A DNA stretch of 64,000 nt from assembly GCA_013239625.1 (NCBI GenBank), contig MU053557.1:4618123-4682122 (forward strand), given 5' to 3'. The notes under the pieces are model-generated. The model was given only the letters and a program-made list of their open reading frames with translations, was not told the origin of the DNA and did no database searches. The translations under genes and the position numbers were made by a program. Origin of the DNA: Lama guanicoe. Its lineage: Eukaryota. Position 1 is the stretch's first letter, and every line of letters starts with the position of its first letter. This document shows, in pieces, positions 40,462 through 52,112 of the stretch.

Positions 40462-41534
40462 GAGAAGCTACTTCTTGACCTCAGTAGGGTTTATAATTTA
40501 GGAGCAGATGGTTGCTGGGCTCCCTCTAATTGTGACAGCTTATCCACAGCTAATTTATAGAACCCTAGACTCAACCAAGCTAGGAGTTCCCTAGAAGTCT
40601 TGCTAGTGGCAGGATCCTAGGAAGAGGGACTCAGCTGAAGGAGCCTGGAGAGCCCTCTGGCCCAAACAGGGTGACGCTCCCTGCCCCAGTGTCCTTGGCA
40701 AATGCCACTCCTGCCTCCACTTCTTGACCTTTTCTTCCAGGCTTTCTGTTTTACAGAGCAGCCACTCTGATGTTGGATTGTCCTCTGGATTTAGAAAATG
40801 TTTGACCAAAAACCTATAATTTCCTCTGTGGGTTTTAGATTTGTCCTCATGGAGTTTGGTGAGCACTGTGTGATTGCTTTTCCCTGGGGCCGCCAAGTCT
40901 GCCCCGTGCCCAGTTAAATTGCACATCCTTAAACTAGGCCTCATCTGAAATGATTCCAACTTGTATCATCATGCTGGAGTCTTCCCCCTTGATCCGCTTT
41001 TGGTTTGTCACTATCATTCCTAAAAGCATAATGCCCAGGACAGACCACAGTTGTCAAGGTCTCCAAGTACAGTAAAGTCCACATCCCTTTAATGTGACTG
41101 ATATTGAATTAACTTCCTAAGGAACCACTTCACACCACTAATATATATATTGAATTTAGTGTCCGTTGAAACCCCAGGTCTTTTCATTTTAGTACCTGTT
41201 TCCAACCTCAGCCTCACATATCTGAGATTGACTTTCTCTGCCATTGAGTAAAATCCCAGATTTCTTTCCTCAGGATCTAACTGGACTCTATACTGAGCAA
41301 ATAAATTCCATAGTCATATTCCCTAATTTGTTCCATGGAAGCTTATATGGGATATATTTTAATTGATATGATTTAAATTTTATGTTGAGAATTGGCAAAC
41401 CCCCTTGTTGCAAGTTGACCTGCAAGAGTATCTTAGTGAGTGACCATCGTTAACATCCCTACACATTGAGACAGGACAAAGTGTAATAAAATTGTTGTAA
41501 GGAGGTTTGAGCTATGAGTCTGCAAATATATTCT

Positions 41535-42020
41535 TAAGAGATTGGATTTGTTACCTTTTACTTTAAGCCAAAATTTAATGGCTTAAAGCAATCTTCTGTG
41601 TAGCTCATGATTCTCTGGGTTGGCTGAGCAGTTCTTCCAATCTGAGCTGGCTCTGCTCTTGTCTGCTCACCTCGTTGTGATTTATGAGGGCTCAGCTGGC
41701 AGTGGTTGGCAGGCATTTGACCTGAGTTGTCTCCATATGGCTTCTCATCCTCCAGAGGGCTGGCTTGGACTCGTCTGCATGGTGGTCTCAGGGATCCAAA
41801 TGCAACAAGAGAACAGGCTTCAATAAGCAAGACCTTTTCAAGCCTCAGCATGTGTTGTACTTGTTAATGTCCCAGTGGCCAAAACAAGTTAAATGGCCAA
41901 GCCAGACTCAAGATTGTGGAGAAACAAATGTTGCCTTTTGTGGGAGGATCTGCAGCTTCAGATTTCAAGGATGTGAATACAGAGAAGGGACGAATTTGGC
42001 ATTTTGACAGTCTACCATAG
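41535..42020. mobile_element. Old MLT1 LTR
   Basis: aaaatttaatggcttaaagcaa...gctcatgattct...ctgagcagttctt...ttggcattttgacagtctaccata. Confidence 0.6.
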
Positions 42021-44068
42021 GGAGGTTAGAGAAACCCTTTTAATGGAGGTTTTAAGAACAAAAAAGACTGTTATTTTTCTCCATATTTTCAACATCAGCT
42101 TGCTGAGAGAGGATTTTTGTTTCCAGCAGTAACCAATATAGGGATTAGTTGCCCTCAATTAGTTGCCTTCTCATTTGAAAAATCTAAAATCTCTTATGAA
42201 TTTCTTGTATGACCCTTTTAATGTGCACTACTGTACTGACATGAAAGGAAGGAACCTGCAGAGGTGAAAAATTTTCTTTAAAAAAGCAGAAATCCAGGTG
42301 TGACTGCCAATGCCAGGTTTAATCCTGATGATTTATGCTAAATCTTAAGACCTTGAACTTTTACCTTGATGACTATATGGATCATGAGAATAGGAGTCAG
42401 AGCCGAGAGCCTGATCAAAGTAGGATTCTAACAGGAGACCTGTGAGTAATGCTGAGATTTCCCCCTACAGAGAGCTTCCTCTCAGTGTCTAGATGGATGA
42501 GAAGTAAACTGGAGAAGGAAACAGCATAGAAAGTTGGCCTGTACCAAATTCAGCACTGGGTAGAAAAGAATAACACTGAATCAAAATGCCTGTCCATGAC
42601 CCATCCCTTACATGGACTCACGTTTTATTTTCATGCTGTATGTTTGGCTTTTTAAAAATTGAAACAGAGAATTTACAAGAAAGTGGCCCCATACTATGGT
42701 TATTCCAACCTCCTAGAATTCCTACAGATAACATCATTAGCAAAATGAGTAACTCATGGTCAAAAACACACATATCATACTGGGGGAGAGCCAGCAGAAA
42801 CAATGGAGAACCTCAGAGACTTCATAGATTGGAATTTTCTGACATTTTATAATAATTACTTTCAATACATTTAAATGAGCCAGAAAAATTAGCAAGAAAC
42901 AACACATTATAATAAATAGCACAGCAGATTTGAAAAGGAGACAAATAACGTATGTTTTAGAAACAAAAAATATAATATTTGAAATTAAAAACTCAACGTA
43001 TGGATTAAATAGCAGATCAAATGTTGCTGAAGGGAGAATTAAAAAGCTGTAAGACTTAGTGAAGAGAGGGGTATATATGTATAGCCCCCAAATATAAGAA
43101 AGTGGTAAAAATAAAAGAGACGTTTGTACACGGAGAATATAGTGAGGTCTGACTGTATCTAATCAGAGTTCTAGAGATGTGTAACAGAGAACGTGAGTGG
43201 GAGGACAGTGTTTGAAGAGATAACATCTGTGAATTATCTAGAGCTGATGAAAGACAGATCCTTGGAAACTTAATAAATCCCAGTACAAAAATATAAAAGA
43301 ATTCGACCTACACACATCATAGTGAAACTGCAGATCACCAGAAACAAAAAATCATCACGAAAGTGCCAGAGAGAAAAGACCAATCTTCTGTATATGAATG
43401 GTAAATAAGCTGACAGCTGAGGTTTTGGCCGCGACAAGGAAATCAGAAAACAGTGGAATAATGCCTTTATGTACTATAGGAAATAACTGTAAATTTAGGG
43501 TTATGTATTTAGCAAAAGTGTCTTTCAAGGACAAAGGCAGACCCACCGCTAACTCATACTTAATGGTGAAAGGCTGACTGCTTCCCTGTGAGATCAAAAA
43601 GAAGAAAAGAATGTCTGCTTTCCCGTCTTCTGTTCAGCACCGTACTGCAGGTTCGTGCCGGGTCAGTTAGGCAAGAAAATGAAATAGAAAGGCACCCAGA
43701 TTGAAAAAAGAAGAAGTCAGAGTGTTTGTACATGACATGATCTTGTATATAACAAATCCGAAGGAATGTACTAAAAACTGTTAGAACTAGCAAACAAGTT
43801 CATCAGGGTTCAGGGGTACAAGATCAATATACCAAAATCCATTGTATTTCTATGCACTTGTAGTGAACAATCTGAAAATAAAATTGAGAAAACAGTTCCA
43901 TTTACAGTAGCATAAAAATAAATGTAACAAAATATAAAAGTTATACTTTGAAAACTGTAAAATACTAAAGAAGATCTAAATAAATGGAAAGATATCCCAC
44001 GTTTGTGGGTCTTAAGTCAATATTGTGAAGATGGCGGTAGTCTTTAGATTGATCTACAGATTTGGTGC

Positions 44069-44447
44069 TGTCTTAGCTCAGGCTGCTGTAACAAAATAAC
44101 ATAGACGGGCTAGCTTAAACAACAGTAATTTATTTTTTCACAGTTCTGGAGGCTGGAAGTCCAAGATCAAGGTGCCAGCATAGTCGGGTTCTTTGGAGAG
44201 CTCCCTGCCCGGCTTGTAGACAGCCACCTTCCCACTGTGTCCTCCCATGTCAGAGAGAGAGAGAGAGAGAGAGAAGCTTGCTGGTGTCTCTTCTAGTAAA
44301 GGCACTGATCCCACAATGAAGGTCCCATCCTCATGACCTCATCTAAACCTCACTGTCTCCTAAAGGTCACCAATCTAAATACTGTCACTTTAGGGCTTGC
44401 AGCTTCAACATATGAATTTGGGGGAGGACACTCTTCAGTTTATAGCA
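44069..44447. mobile_element. MLT1A-like solo LTR nested in L1M
   Basis: TG...CA ends; cacagttctggaggctggaagtccaagatcaaggtgcc; L1 ORF2 sequence resumes on both sides. Confidence 0.85.
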
Positions 44448-45043
44448 AATGTAGCCCCTATGAAAATCCCCACTGGCTTCTTTGCAGAAATTGGCAAACT
44501 GATTCTAAAATGCATATGGAATCGGAAGGGAAGGGACATAGCCAAAGCAATCTTGAAAAAGAACAAAATTGGAGGACTCAAACTTCCCACTTTCAAAACT
44601 TACTACAAAGCTACCATAAATAAGACAATGTGGTGGCAACCCAAAGATAGACATATAGATCAGTAGAATAGAATTGAGAACTTAGAAATAAAGCCTTGTA
44701 TTTATGGTCAGTTGACTTTCAACAAGGGTGCCAAACTAATTCAGTAGGGAAGGAATAGTTTTCAACAAATGATGCTAGGAAAACTGAACATACATATGAA
44801 AACAAAAAAAATGAAGTTGCATTCTTCTTCAACTCAAAATAAGTCAAAAACCTAAATGCAAGAGTTAAAACTATATAACTCTTAAGAGAAAATACAGTAG
44901 CAAATCTTTGTGACCTTGAGTTAGGCAAAACCTTCTTAGATAAGACACAAAAAAACACAGACAATTAAAAATTTGATAAAATGCACATCATCAAAATTAA
45001 AAACTTATGTTTCAGAATATTCCATGAAGAATGTAGAAAGTCT

Positions 45044-45181
45044 GGGGAGGGTATAGCTCAGTGGTAGAGTGTTTGCTTAGCATGCACAAGGTCCTGGGTT
45101 CAACTCCTAGTACCTCTGATTGATTGATTGATTGATTGATAAATCAATCTAATTACCTCCCCCACCAAAACAAATTTTTTA
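45044..45181 (+). mobile_element. tRNA-derived SINE nested in L1M
   Basis: ggggagggtatagctcagtggtagag...ggttcaactcc; TSD aagaatgtagaaagtc / aagaatgtgaaaatc. Confidence 0.9.
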
Positions 45182-48100
45182 AAGAATGTGAAAATCAACC
45201 CACAGAACAGGAGATAAAATTTGCAAATCATATATCTGCCAAAAGTCTTATATCTAAGCTACATAAAGAATCTTACAACTTAATAATAAAAAGACAACCC
45301 AGTTTCAAAAAGGGCAAAGTATATGAATAGACATTTCTCCAAAGAAGTTATATAAATGTCCAATAAGCACACGAAAAAATGATCAACATCATTAGCCATC
45401 AATGAAATGCATATCAAACCACCATGAGATACATGTCATGCCCACTCAGATGGCTGTAGTCAGAAAAAGACAGATAATACAAGTGTTGGTGAGATTGTGG
45501 AGGAATTGGAACATCAGATATTACTGGTGGGAATGTAAAATGTGTAGCTGCTTTGGAAAAGAGTCTTGCAGTTCCTCTAGGTGTAAAGGTAGAGTTACCA
45601 CATAACCCCAAGAATTCTAAATTCCACTTCTAGATACATGCTCAAGAGAAATGAAAACATGTCCATACAAAAACTTGTACATGAATGTTCCTAGCAATAT
45701 TGTTCATAAAGCCAAAAATACGGAACAGTTCAAATATCCATCAGCCAATGAATAGATAAGCACAATGTGGTATAATCCATACAGTGGAATATTGTTCAGC
45801 AATAGAAAAGAAAACTCAGATGGTGCACAAGAATATAATAAGATTCTCAGTTTTCATTAATAATCAGGGAAGTGAAATTGAAAACCACAATAAGATATCA
45901 CTTCACCTCCACTGTGTTGACTAAAAATAAGAAGTCAGGTGTTACCCAGCGTTGTGATAATATAGATCAGTGAGAACTGCTGGTGGGAATATAAATGGGA
46001 AAAAATTTTTGGAAAATAGTGAGGCATCACCTCACAAATACAAGAATGTTCAAAGCAAAATTTCCATAAAGGAGGAAAAAAAGCACAGGCAGCTCAGATG
46101 TCCTGCAGCAGTAGACTAGATCGACTGTGATGTAATCAGACGGCAGAATCTAGCACAGCAGTGACAATGAGTGACGTGTGATCACGTGCTTCGATGTGGA
46201 TGAATCTCAGAAACATAATACTAGAGAATGAAGCAGTAAATCTACACAGAAGGGCAAATGCAGTACGATTCCATCAATGTAAAGTTCAAAAACAGGGAAA
46301 ACTAAACAATATATTGTTTGTGGATACCTCATAGGTGGTAAAGCTGTAAAGAAAAGCAAGAGAATGATCAACTCACAGTTCAGGACAGTGTGGGAGGCGG
46401 GTGCCCTTAGGAAGACAGGAACAGGCTTCCAAGGTGCTGATAATGTTCTGTTTCCTAAACGTGGCAGTGGGGACCTGGGAGCGTATTTTATTATCATTCT
46501 TTACCCTGTACATATACATATTTGCCACCTTTTCTGTGTGCATAATATATTTCACAATTTAAATGTTTAAAATAATGAGTGAGCACGCCCTCAGGGGCCC
46601 TTCTAACACTTTGGTTTTGGAATTCCGTAAGACTGTCTCATTTGAAAAGTTAAGATCAACAGAATTCTATGACAGAATCCTAGACTCTTAGATCTGGATA
46701 TGTCCTCAGTTACCACGTAGCCCACTCATTTTGCGGATGAGGCAACTAAGCTCAGCGGGGTGAGGTCACTTTTTCAAAGTCACACAGCACCGGAGTGATA
46801 GAATAGGAATGTGGATGAGTGTCCAGTGACCAGTGAAACAGTACATTTTCCCCAGACACGTGGCCGGGCTGTGTGCAAGGCCTCTTTCTAGGCATTAGTG
46901 GTACAGTGAGCATTCATTCTGGACTTTCTCAAAGCAGTTCTGACTTCTCATACTCTCTTCCATTGTTAAATCATATGATCTTTTTTTAAATTAATAGACT
47001 TCATTTTTTTGATTCACAGAATGACGACTGCCTAGGGTATATTAATTCCACACCAGTTCCATGCTGCAGACCCTCTCCATGGCCTTTCCTGTTATTTGAA
47101 TGTGGGGCTTTGCTCAGCCTCAGATACATCTGCTATGCTGGTCCAGTTGGCCTTCCACCCCGTGTTCCCCACTGTATTTCCAGCTGCCCCTGAGATTCTT
47201 ATCAACCTTTACATCCTTTCTACCAAAAACTTCCTCCTTCAGCTCCTTGGGGGAAATGAAGGAACTGATTGTTCCAAGTTTTCCAGTGGCCTCCAGGTTT
47301 TCTCCACTGGGAAAGGTGGCTCTGGGAGTGGAGTTGGCAGGGGACACAGAGGAGAGAAAAGAAGGGGGGAAAACAGGAGCTGTTTCCAATGAGGTTGTAG
47401 GCCATGGCCTAACTAATTCCACAGCCATGAAGTCAATTGATCTGCCACCTGCACACCCCAGAACAGCCTGTTCTCTGGCCTTGTCTGCTCTCCAGACCAG
47501 GCATTGTCTGACGTGATGAATTTTCATGAAGGCTGGTGGAAGATGAACCCTTCCCCACCAACCACTACCACCTCCACTCCTACGCCCTGCCTCCCAGCAA
47601 GGGTGGTCTCCAGGGGCTACCAGCTCTACCTCACAGAGAGTTTAAAGTGTTTAGGCGCATAGTCAGCCCTGAAGCTCTCCTTCCAGACTCACAGGGTGTC
47701 AGTGTCAGAAGAAAAGCTCAGGTCATTCCTTGTCCAGCTTCTGCTGTTTTCCATAGAGGTAAGCAGAGGCCCCAGACGACAGAGGTCCAAGTTCATTGTC
47801 GCCCAGAGAGTTAGTGGCAGTGACAAGACCAGAGCCCAGGTGCTCTGACTCCCAGAGCACTGCACCTCGCACTGTCCTGCACTGTCCCCTGGTCCCCTGG
47901 TGCTGCGACATTTGGAGCTACCCTCCTCCCTCACCTTGGCCCTTTAAGCCTGCCTGTGGCCTGCACAGTGAACGAACACTTGTGAAATAACTTCTGACAT
48001 TCACTTGAAAGTCCCTCCTACTGTTAACCTGGCTACTTTTGCAAAACAACTTTCCCTGTTAAAGATGAGCTAGTGTTTACTGGGGTGATGTCACCCAGTC

Positions 48101-48759
48101 CAGGCCAGGTCCTTGCAATTACAGGCTTGGAAACTATCTTGGTGGTTCCCTCCACCCCACCCCATGGATCACACTTGATAAAGCTGAATATGCTAACTGC
48201 ATCTTCAGGAAACCAATGTATAAAACCAGAGTGCCTGTTTATAACATAAACAAGAGGTGTAACTCTCCGTTATACTAGTTCATGTTGCCCTGATCAGCTG
48301 CTTCTCTCCCAAAGGCACTCTATGTACAAAGTCAAACGATCAGACAGTCACTTGGTGCGTGCAGACTTAGAACAAGGGGAGCTGATCATGGGATTTGAAC
48401 AAGCTCTCCAGTGGCCTTCCCTTAATTGCTGACCAGCCCCTTCCTGGCTGACCCATCAGTGCCTTGGCTGGATCAATACACTCAGCAGTTCTGGTGCCCC
48501 TGGGAGCCATTTGATCTCTTAGAAGAAATTTAGCCTCTTTCTGCTCTGCCCATTTTGTGTGTTGATTTCATAATTTCAGTCTCAGAGGGAAATCTCATTT
48601 CCCACATTTCTAAGTCCTTTGGGGGAGGGACATCTATAATTATTTGTTGTTCAGACACCTATAATTATATCCACCTGCTCTTCTATCATCTGCCCTACGT
48701 TTCTTCTTATTGCCCACAAGAATATCCCTAAAGACCTTATAAAATCATGTTGCCTCTCT

Positions 48760-48901
48760 TTGGGGGGAGGATATAGCTCAAGTGGTAGAGCACATGCTTA
48801 GCATGCACCAGGTCCTGGGTTCAATCCCCAGTACCTCCTCTTGAAACAAACCTAATTCCCTCCTCCCCTCTCCCAAAAAATACTATGTAAAAAAAATTTT
48901 T
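48760..48901 (+). mobile_element. tRNA-derived SINE with perfect 18-bp TSD
   Basis: A and B boxes; TSD aaatcatgttgcctctct at 48742-48759 and 48902-48919. Confidence 0.95.
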
Positions 48902-49639
48902 AAATCATGTTGCCTCTCTGTTCAAAAGTTGTCAGTACAATTGATCATTTCTGCAGCTGGGTGATGGGGAATCATTATAATCTTCTGTCTACTTTTGTAT
49001 ATGTCTGAGCATTTTTCAAGTTCTTTACAGCTAGGGGCAAAACTGTTCGTGGCCTCTCAGTTTCCCACAAAGCCTAAACATCTTGAACTGAACTTGGCTC
49101 CTCGTTCTCCAACTGGCCTGGCAATATTTTCCTGTATTATTTCCTTCCACTCCCTAAAAACACCGTCTGTACCCCAGCCCCATCTCCACACAAATACCCC
49201 TTGCAACTTCCTACCTTTGTATGTTAGCTCAGTCCATTCCTTCAAAGTTCAACTCAGTTGCCGCCTCCTCCAGAAAGCCTTCAGTGATTCCTCACACTCA
49301 CAGCACTTGTTACCCATGGCCTATCCCCAATGATGTATGTTCTATAAGGTCTTCCCTCTGCATATACTGTTACATCTTTGCAATTCAGTGATTGTGTTTT
49401 ATCATTCCACCTTCTATGACTGTGGTGAAGACACATTATAATCTTCAAACCATATATCCCATTGCCATCCTAAACTGTCTTCACCTAGCTTAGGGTCATG
49501 CACACAGGAAGTGCCCAGGAAATTTTTAACTGAATGATTCTTTTTTTCAAACTCATGATACCACCATCTATGTTGCACTGCATGAGCTACATAGCCTTAA
49601 ACTTTTCATTCATGTTTTGAGAGGATTGTACAACATTGG

Positions 49640-49800
49640 TGGTCTCAGTCTGTGTCAGGATTGGCTGGGGAGTATGTTAAAATGCAGATGCCTGGGCCTC
49701 AACCTCAGGGAGTCTGATCAAGGCTCAGGCAGCTGCATCTTAAGAAGCCCACCAGGTGACTGTGATGCAAGTGGTCTTCAGCCATCCTTTGAAGAACCTT
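49640..49800. mobile_element. MER5-like hAT remnant
   Basis: gttaaaatgcagatgcctgggcctc...ctgcatctttaagaagcccaccaggtgactgtgatgca. Confidence 0.6.
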
Positions 49801-49949
49801 GGCCCCAAAGGCCCTTGAGGTCCAGCAAGTCACCCTTCTCTGGCCACTGATGAGCAAGTCAGACCCCAGTCTCATCCCCATCGAGAGCCTCGTGCTTGTA
49901 CACCCTCCCTGGACTCATCCTCCTTTGTTTCTGTCCTTGTTTCCCCAAG

Positions 49950-50133
49950 TGTGTGGCTGTGGCCTGGCCCAGTCGGGCTTCTTCTTCAAGAACCAGGAAT
50001 ACATCTGCACGCAGGATTACCAGCAGCTTTATGGCACCCGCTGTGACAGCTGCCGGGACTTCATCACGGGCGAGGTCATCTCTGCACTGGGGCGCACCTA
50101 CCACCCCAAGTGCTTTGTGTGCAGCTTGTGCAG
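49950..50133 (+). CDS. ABLIM3: ABLIM3 coding exon (184 nt, phase 1-2): VCGCGLAQSGFFFKNQEYICTQDYQQLYGTRCDSCRDFITGEVISALGRTYHPKCFVCSLCR
   Basis: Pyrimidine tract then ccccaag| acceptor, donor cag|gtgagc. Joins the previous exon in frame (G|TG=Val). End of LIM1 and start of LIM2. Confidence 0.97.
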
Positions 50134-51999
50134 GTGAGCGGATGACCGGTGGGGGCTGGACTCTCTGCCTGGGCCCCTGGCACGGGAAGAAATGGCCTTT
50201 CCCAGGCCGATCTGGGACTTGCATGGCTTTATGCTGGACACTTGGATTTCTAGAATCTCAGGAGTGGAAGGATCTGACAGGCCAGTGGCTGTCAAACCTT
50301 TTAGCAGCTGAATCCTGTTTGTCCAGTGTGATCTAATGGAAAACACCAGCTTGTCCTGCAATGAAGCCAGAGTGAGGATCTGAGCCCCCACACTTAGCCT
50401 TCCACTTCCCATCAAAAGGCCCCAGAGGAACCACTGAGTCTCCTGACCTCTCAAAACTCAGTTTGGAAACCACAGATCTGGCTTGGGCTCCTCCGCCCAC
50501 AGCCACATGTGGTCTCAGGATATCTGTTTATAGCCTCCTCCGTGACCCTGGCAGGTGATCCCATCTCTGTAAGCCTCAGCTTCATCGGTAACATAGGCTT
50601 CAAAACCAGTCCAAGCTTCACTGGGTTTTCATGAAGAGAAATGAAATGGTGCGCAGACCTTAGCTCAGTGACTGGTTCATAACTGTGTCTGCTTTTATTA
50701 TTCTTTTCATTATCGTAATGATAATCATCTAGCCTCTCAAGACATCCAAGAGGTGATGGAAAGCTCACCCCTTCCCTCCTCCCGACCCCCAGCATTCCAG
50801 TCACTTCTTAACTTAGCAAATATACATTAAGGGCCCACTGTATGCCAAGCACCACATTAAGGAGATGAAAAAATTAAGAAAACCTCCACTCTGCCCACCA
50901 ATAACGTTAAAATTTAATGGATTACTCTGATTTAGTCGTAAGTAAAGCATTATTGGAGTACACGTGTGCAATTTTTTAAATGGGAAAGTAATTTATAGAT
51001 TAACTGTTCTCCCCATAAAATAACCACCTGTTAGTCACCAGTAGGAGTAACTAACCAATTAGAGTTTCTGATTGAGACCAACAACACGGTGCATAAGACA
51101 ATATAGTCACCCAGTGGAATTCATTCATCCATCCAGCCCTTAATACCTGGGCCTTAGGTCCTGGAATCCCAAACCCATTGGAATTTTGCACATTGGGGTC
51201 CTTGAGGTATAAAGTGAAGGTTTTGTGAAGCTACATGAGGATGAGGCGCCTTCCCGAGGTCACGCTGTGCCCTTTTACTGTGAGTCAGTGCCCGGGCTGT
51301 AATGAGTTCACACTTCCCTCTCTCCCCGGCACTCCCTCCATTGTCCATGTTGCTGACGTAAAGGCGTGGAGCCACTGCAGGCTTTGTGAGGGTGGGGGGT
51401 GTGCTCAGGGCCAGTATTAACAGGCATCCCAGACTGCACAAGCAAGAGCAGCTGCACCATGGGATGGGCTGTGCTGGGGCTTCTAGATGGGTTATATTTA
51501 GTTAGGGAGGCGGACCATGTGCGAGCTTGAGCCCCTGCGCCGAGGAACTCAAACTGCGCAAGTGCAGGCAACCAGAGGAAGAGGTTGTTTGTGGACGTCT
51601 GAACTTCCTAGGGAGTAAAAGGGAATTTTTAGCTAGTTTGGGAGTTGAATGAGTTCTTCCTGATATATGGGGGCAGGTCAAGTTGGGGTGGAAAAAAGTC
51701 CCTCCAGGAAGCCACAGCACCTCTGAGAGGAGTTTTTAGCCTCTTCGTTGTACAGAAGAGAAATGTAAGCTCAGATAAGTGTCCTGATTTTCCCCGTGTT
51801 TAAAAATCATGTAAATGGCCCGACTGGGTCTCCAGTTCCAGTCCTCGCCCTTGTTGAGTGGTTTATTCAGCCTGGCCCTGTGAACAGCACTTGAATGTAC
51901 CTGGCGCTCTACATGTGTTCTGTGTGTTGTCAGGTCACTGATACACACACAATCCCCCTGCAGAGGAAGTGTTGAATTTCTCCTTCATCCCCCTTGCAG

Positions 52000-52112
52000 G
52001 AAGCCTTTCCCCATTGGAGACAAGGTGACCTTCAGTGGAAAGGAATGCTTGTGTCAGACGTGCTCCCAGTCCATGTCCAGCAGTAAACCCATCAAGATCC
52101 GTGGACCGAGCC
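52000..52112 (+). CDS. ABLIM3: ABLIM3 coding exon (113 nt, phase 2-1): KPFPIGDKVTFSGKECLCQTCSQSMSSSKPIKIRGPS
   Basis: Acceptor cccttgcag| and donor agcc|gtgagt. AG|G=Arg junction is in frame. End of LIM2. Confidence 0.97.

Larger units (their letters stand above)
42700..46570 (+). mobile_element. Ancient L1M composite (ORF1 remnant, ORF2 fragments, 3' ends) interrupted by an MLT1 and a SINE
   Basis: ORF1-like cacatcatagtgaaactgcag; ORF2-like peptide IPTGFFAEIGKLILKCIW...GGLKLPTFKTYYKAT; 3' UTR motifs. Confidence 0.8.
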
